From Acidobacteriota bacterium (GTDB lineage: Bacteria > Acidobacteriota > Thermoanaerobaculia > Multivoradales > UBA5704): a DNA stretch of 27,511 bases. Below the pieces are notes generated by a model. That model made no database searches. It was not told the origin of the DNA and saw nothing but the letters and a program-made list of their open reading frames with translations. A program made the position numbers and the translations under genes. The stretch is taken from NCBI GenBank assembly GCA_040005235.1, contig JBDTZG010000067.1, positions 1 to 27,511 of the forward strand. The letters are read 5' to 3'. Positions within the stretch are counted from its first letter, which is position 1, and each line of letters starts with the position of its first letter. Positions 25,217 through 27,511 of this stretch are shown here, one piece after another.

Positions 25217-25226
25217 ATTCTTCCGC

Positions 25227-25251
25227 AGGGGCGGCCCCCGTGGCCGCCCCT
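25227..25251. repeat. REP-like palindrome / terminator hairpin
   Basis: AGGGGCGGCC-CCCGT-GGCCGCCCCT, starting within GCAG (a GTAG-like foot), 10 bp after a stop codon. Confidence 0.5.
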
Positions 25252-25280
25252 CGCTCGGCAGGTTGTGGCATCCTTGTTGG

Positions 25281-26603
25281 ATGCCCTTCCCGCAGGTCTC
25301 GACGATCGTTCGCGTAGCGGCCCTCGCCGGGGTGTTCTCGCGTTGCGTCTTCGCGCAGGCTCCCCTCGCTACCCCGCCGCGGGCCCGCCCGGCCCCTACG
25401 CTTCAACCTGTGGCGATCACGCCCACGATGCTCGACGCGGCGAAAGGGTATTTGCGACTGGACGTCCGGACCGCCAAAGAGTTTGCGGCGGGACATCTTC
25501 CCGGGGCGGTGCGCCTCGATTTGGGCGCCCTCGCGCAACGCTGCCCGGAGAACGACCCGGCCGAGGCCTCCTGCCTGCGTTCGGCGCTCGGAGCTTTCGG
25601 CCTCAGTGGGGATCTTCCCCTCGTCGTCTACGGTGCCGATCTCGAATTTCCGGCCCGGGCGTTCCTCCGCTTGGAGAGCGCCGGTTGCCGCAGCGTCCAC
25701 GTGCTCGACGGCGGATGGGACGCCTGGCTCGCGGCGGGGCTGTCGACCACGCAGCGAGAGCGGAAACTACCGGCGCGCCCGTTCGGGTCGGGAGCCGGAC
25801 GCCAGGCGATCCCGGTGATCATTGAACCCGCGGCGGTGCTTGCCGGCCTGGCCGGCGATCCCGGCAAAGGGGGAAACGGCCTGCAGCCGCTCGATCTGCG
25901 CGACGAAGGCGACTGGTCGGCGGTCGGCTACGCCCCGCCCCCCGCGTTCCGCGCCGGGCACGCCCCGGCGAGCCTCCCTTGGGATCCCCGAGGCGGATTG
26001 CCCGCGGGCGGGCGCCTGCCCGATCCGCAGGCCGATCGGGCCGCATTCGAGCGCTTCGGCCCGGCGGCCGGCTCCACGGTCGATCCGACCGCTCCGTTCG
26101 CCCTTCTGGGGGACGGGCTGTCGGGGCCGCGCCAGGCGATCGCCTATCTTCGCCTGCGCGCCATGGGACTCGAAGCGCGGGTCGTCCGCGGCGGCTTCGC
26201 CGCTTGGGCTGCGGCCGGGCTGCCGATCGTCCGGATCGTCGAGCCCGCAGAGGTTTACGCCCTGCTCGATTCGGCGGCGCTTGCGGGCAATCGAGAGGCG
26301 TCGCTGCCGATCCTCGACCTGCGCGATCTCGCCGACTACGACCAGGGCCACCTGCCCGGAGCGGCGCCCTTGCCGCCCGCCCTGCTCGCCAAAGGACCCC
26401 AGGCGATCGAGGCGGCGGTCGTCGCCCGCTGGCCGAAGCTCTTCCTAACCCGAGAACCCCTGGTAATCCTCGGCTACGACCGGGCCTGCCTCCGAGGCCG
26501 AACCGCCGCCATCGCCGCAGCGCGCGACGGCTTCCGCACCATCCTCTGGCTGCGCGACGGAATGGCCGCCTGGAAAGCGGCAGGGCTACCGGTTGCGCGG
26601 TAG
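25281..26603 (+). CDS. Exported three-domain rhodanese-like protein
   Basis: Three modules with D(V/L)R...GH(L/A)P motifs, ending VLDGGWDAW, VVRGGFAAW and WLRDGMAAW; signal-like N-terminus ending VFA-Q. Confidence 0.8.
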   Translation: MPFPQVSTIVRVAALAGVFSRCVFAQAPLATPPRARPAPTLQPVAITPTMLDAAKGYLRLDVRTAKEFAAGHLPGAVRLDLGALAQRCPENDPAEASCLRSALGAFGLSGDLPLVVYGADLEFPARAFLRLESAGCRSVHVLDGGWDAWLAAGLSTTQRERKLPARPFGSGAGRQAIPVIIEPAAVLAGLAGDPGKGGNGLQPLDLRDEGDWSAVGYAPPPAFRAGHAPASLPWDPRGGLPAGGRLPDPQADRAAFERFGPAAGSTVDPTAPFALLGDGLSGPRQAIAYLRLRAMGLEARVVRGGFAAWAAAGLPIVRIVEPAEVYALLDSAALAGNREASLPILDLRDLADYDQGHLPGAAPLPPALLAKGPQAIEAAVVARWPKLFLTREPLVILGYDRACLRGRTAAIAAARDGFRTILWLRDGMAAWKAAGLPVAR

Positions 26604-26647
26604 AGGGTAGATCCCTCCCTCCAGCGCCGCCGTGGGACGAAGTGAAA

Positions 26648-26729
26648 CCCCGGGACCGCCGAGCACCAGCTCGGCATCGCAGCGGGGAGAACCTAAAAGC
26701 GGCCGAGCTGGTGCTCGGCGGTCCCGGGG
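26648..26729. repeat. REP doublet (REPIN-like): perfect 28-bp inverted repeats with a 26-bp spacer
   Basis: CCCCGGGACCGCCGAGCACCAGCTCGGC (26648-26675) and its exact reverse complement (26702-26729); each arm has an internal GCCGAGC/GCTCGGC hairpin. Confidence 0.8.
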
Positions 26730-26907
26730 AAAAGCACCAGAAGGCGAGCCGTCCGGTCGCGAGGGTTGAAACCCCTAGCTGCTCGACACGTGCTCGCCAA
26801 GAGCAGCCCACCCCGCCGCCTCCCGGGTGCTGCTAAACTCCAGCGCTCGAAATCGCCCAGCCTTGTCGGTTGAGGAGTCATTGACGTTCACCAGAGGAGA
26901 TTTGCGC

Positions 26908-27511
<604 letters not shown>

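Overview
High-GC bacterial window. The gene repertoire suggests Acidobacteriota, possibly class Thermoanaerobaculia; this is an inference from an ADOP-type permease relic, the peptide leader style and the secreted proteins. In order, it holds the 3' part of an ECF sigma gene, a P-loop/BTAD regulator, a glycan-modification cluster (FAD oxidoreductase, GT2, GT4) with an orphan Cys-rich RiPP-like precursor on the opposite strand, a lipoprotein and a threonine synthase. Next come a six-gene rearranged stressosome operon (rsbS, N-extended rsbT, rsbX, STAS/SEC14-like gene, HAMP-like rsbR, second rsbT), alkA, DUF937, tryptophanase, SCP2 and an L,D-transpeptidase. The right part has a TonB-dependent receptor under a Fur-like palindrome, an MFS transporter, a ~400-bp non-coding array of 20 degenerate 14-mers spaced ~20 bp apart (13 forward, then 7 inverted), a frameshifted ABC permease relic, lower-GC secreted-protein genes, a second ECF sigma with a membrane partner, a degenerate triple-rhodanese, REP-like palindromes and the 5' part of mtnP. 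The most unusual items are the head-to-head phased repeat array, the atypical stressosome, the orphan CxxxC-repeat precursor and a possible Trp-containing leader peptide ahead of tnaA. All calls come from reading motifs by eye; no searches were run.
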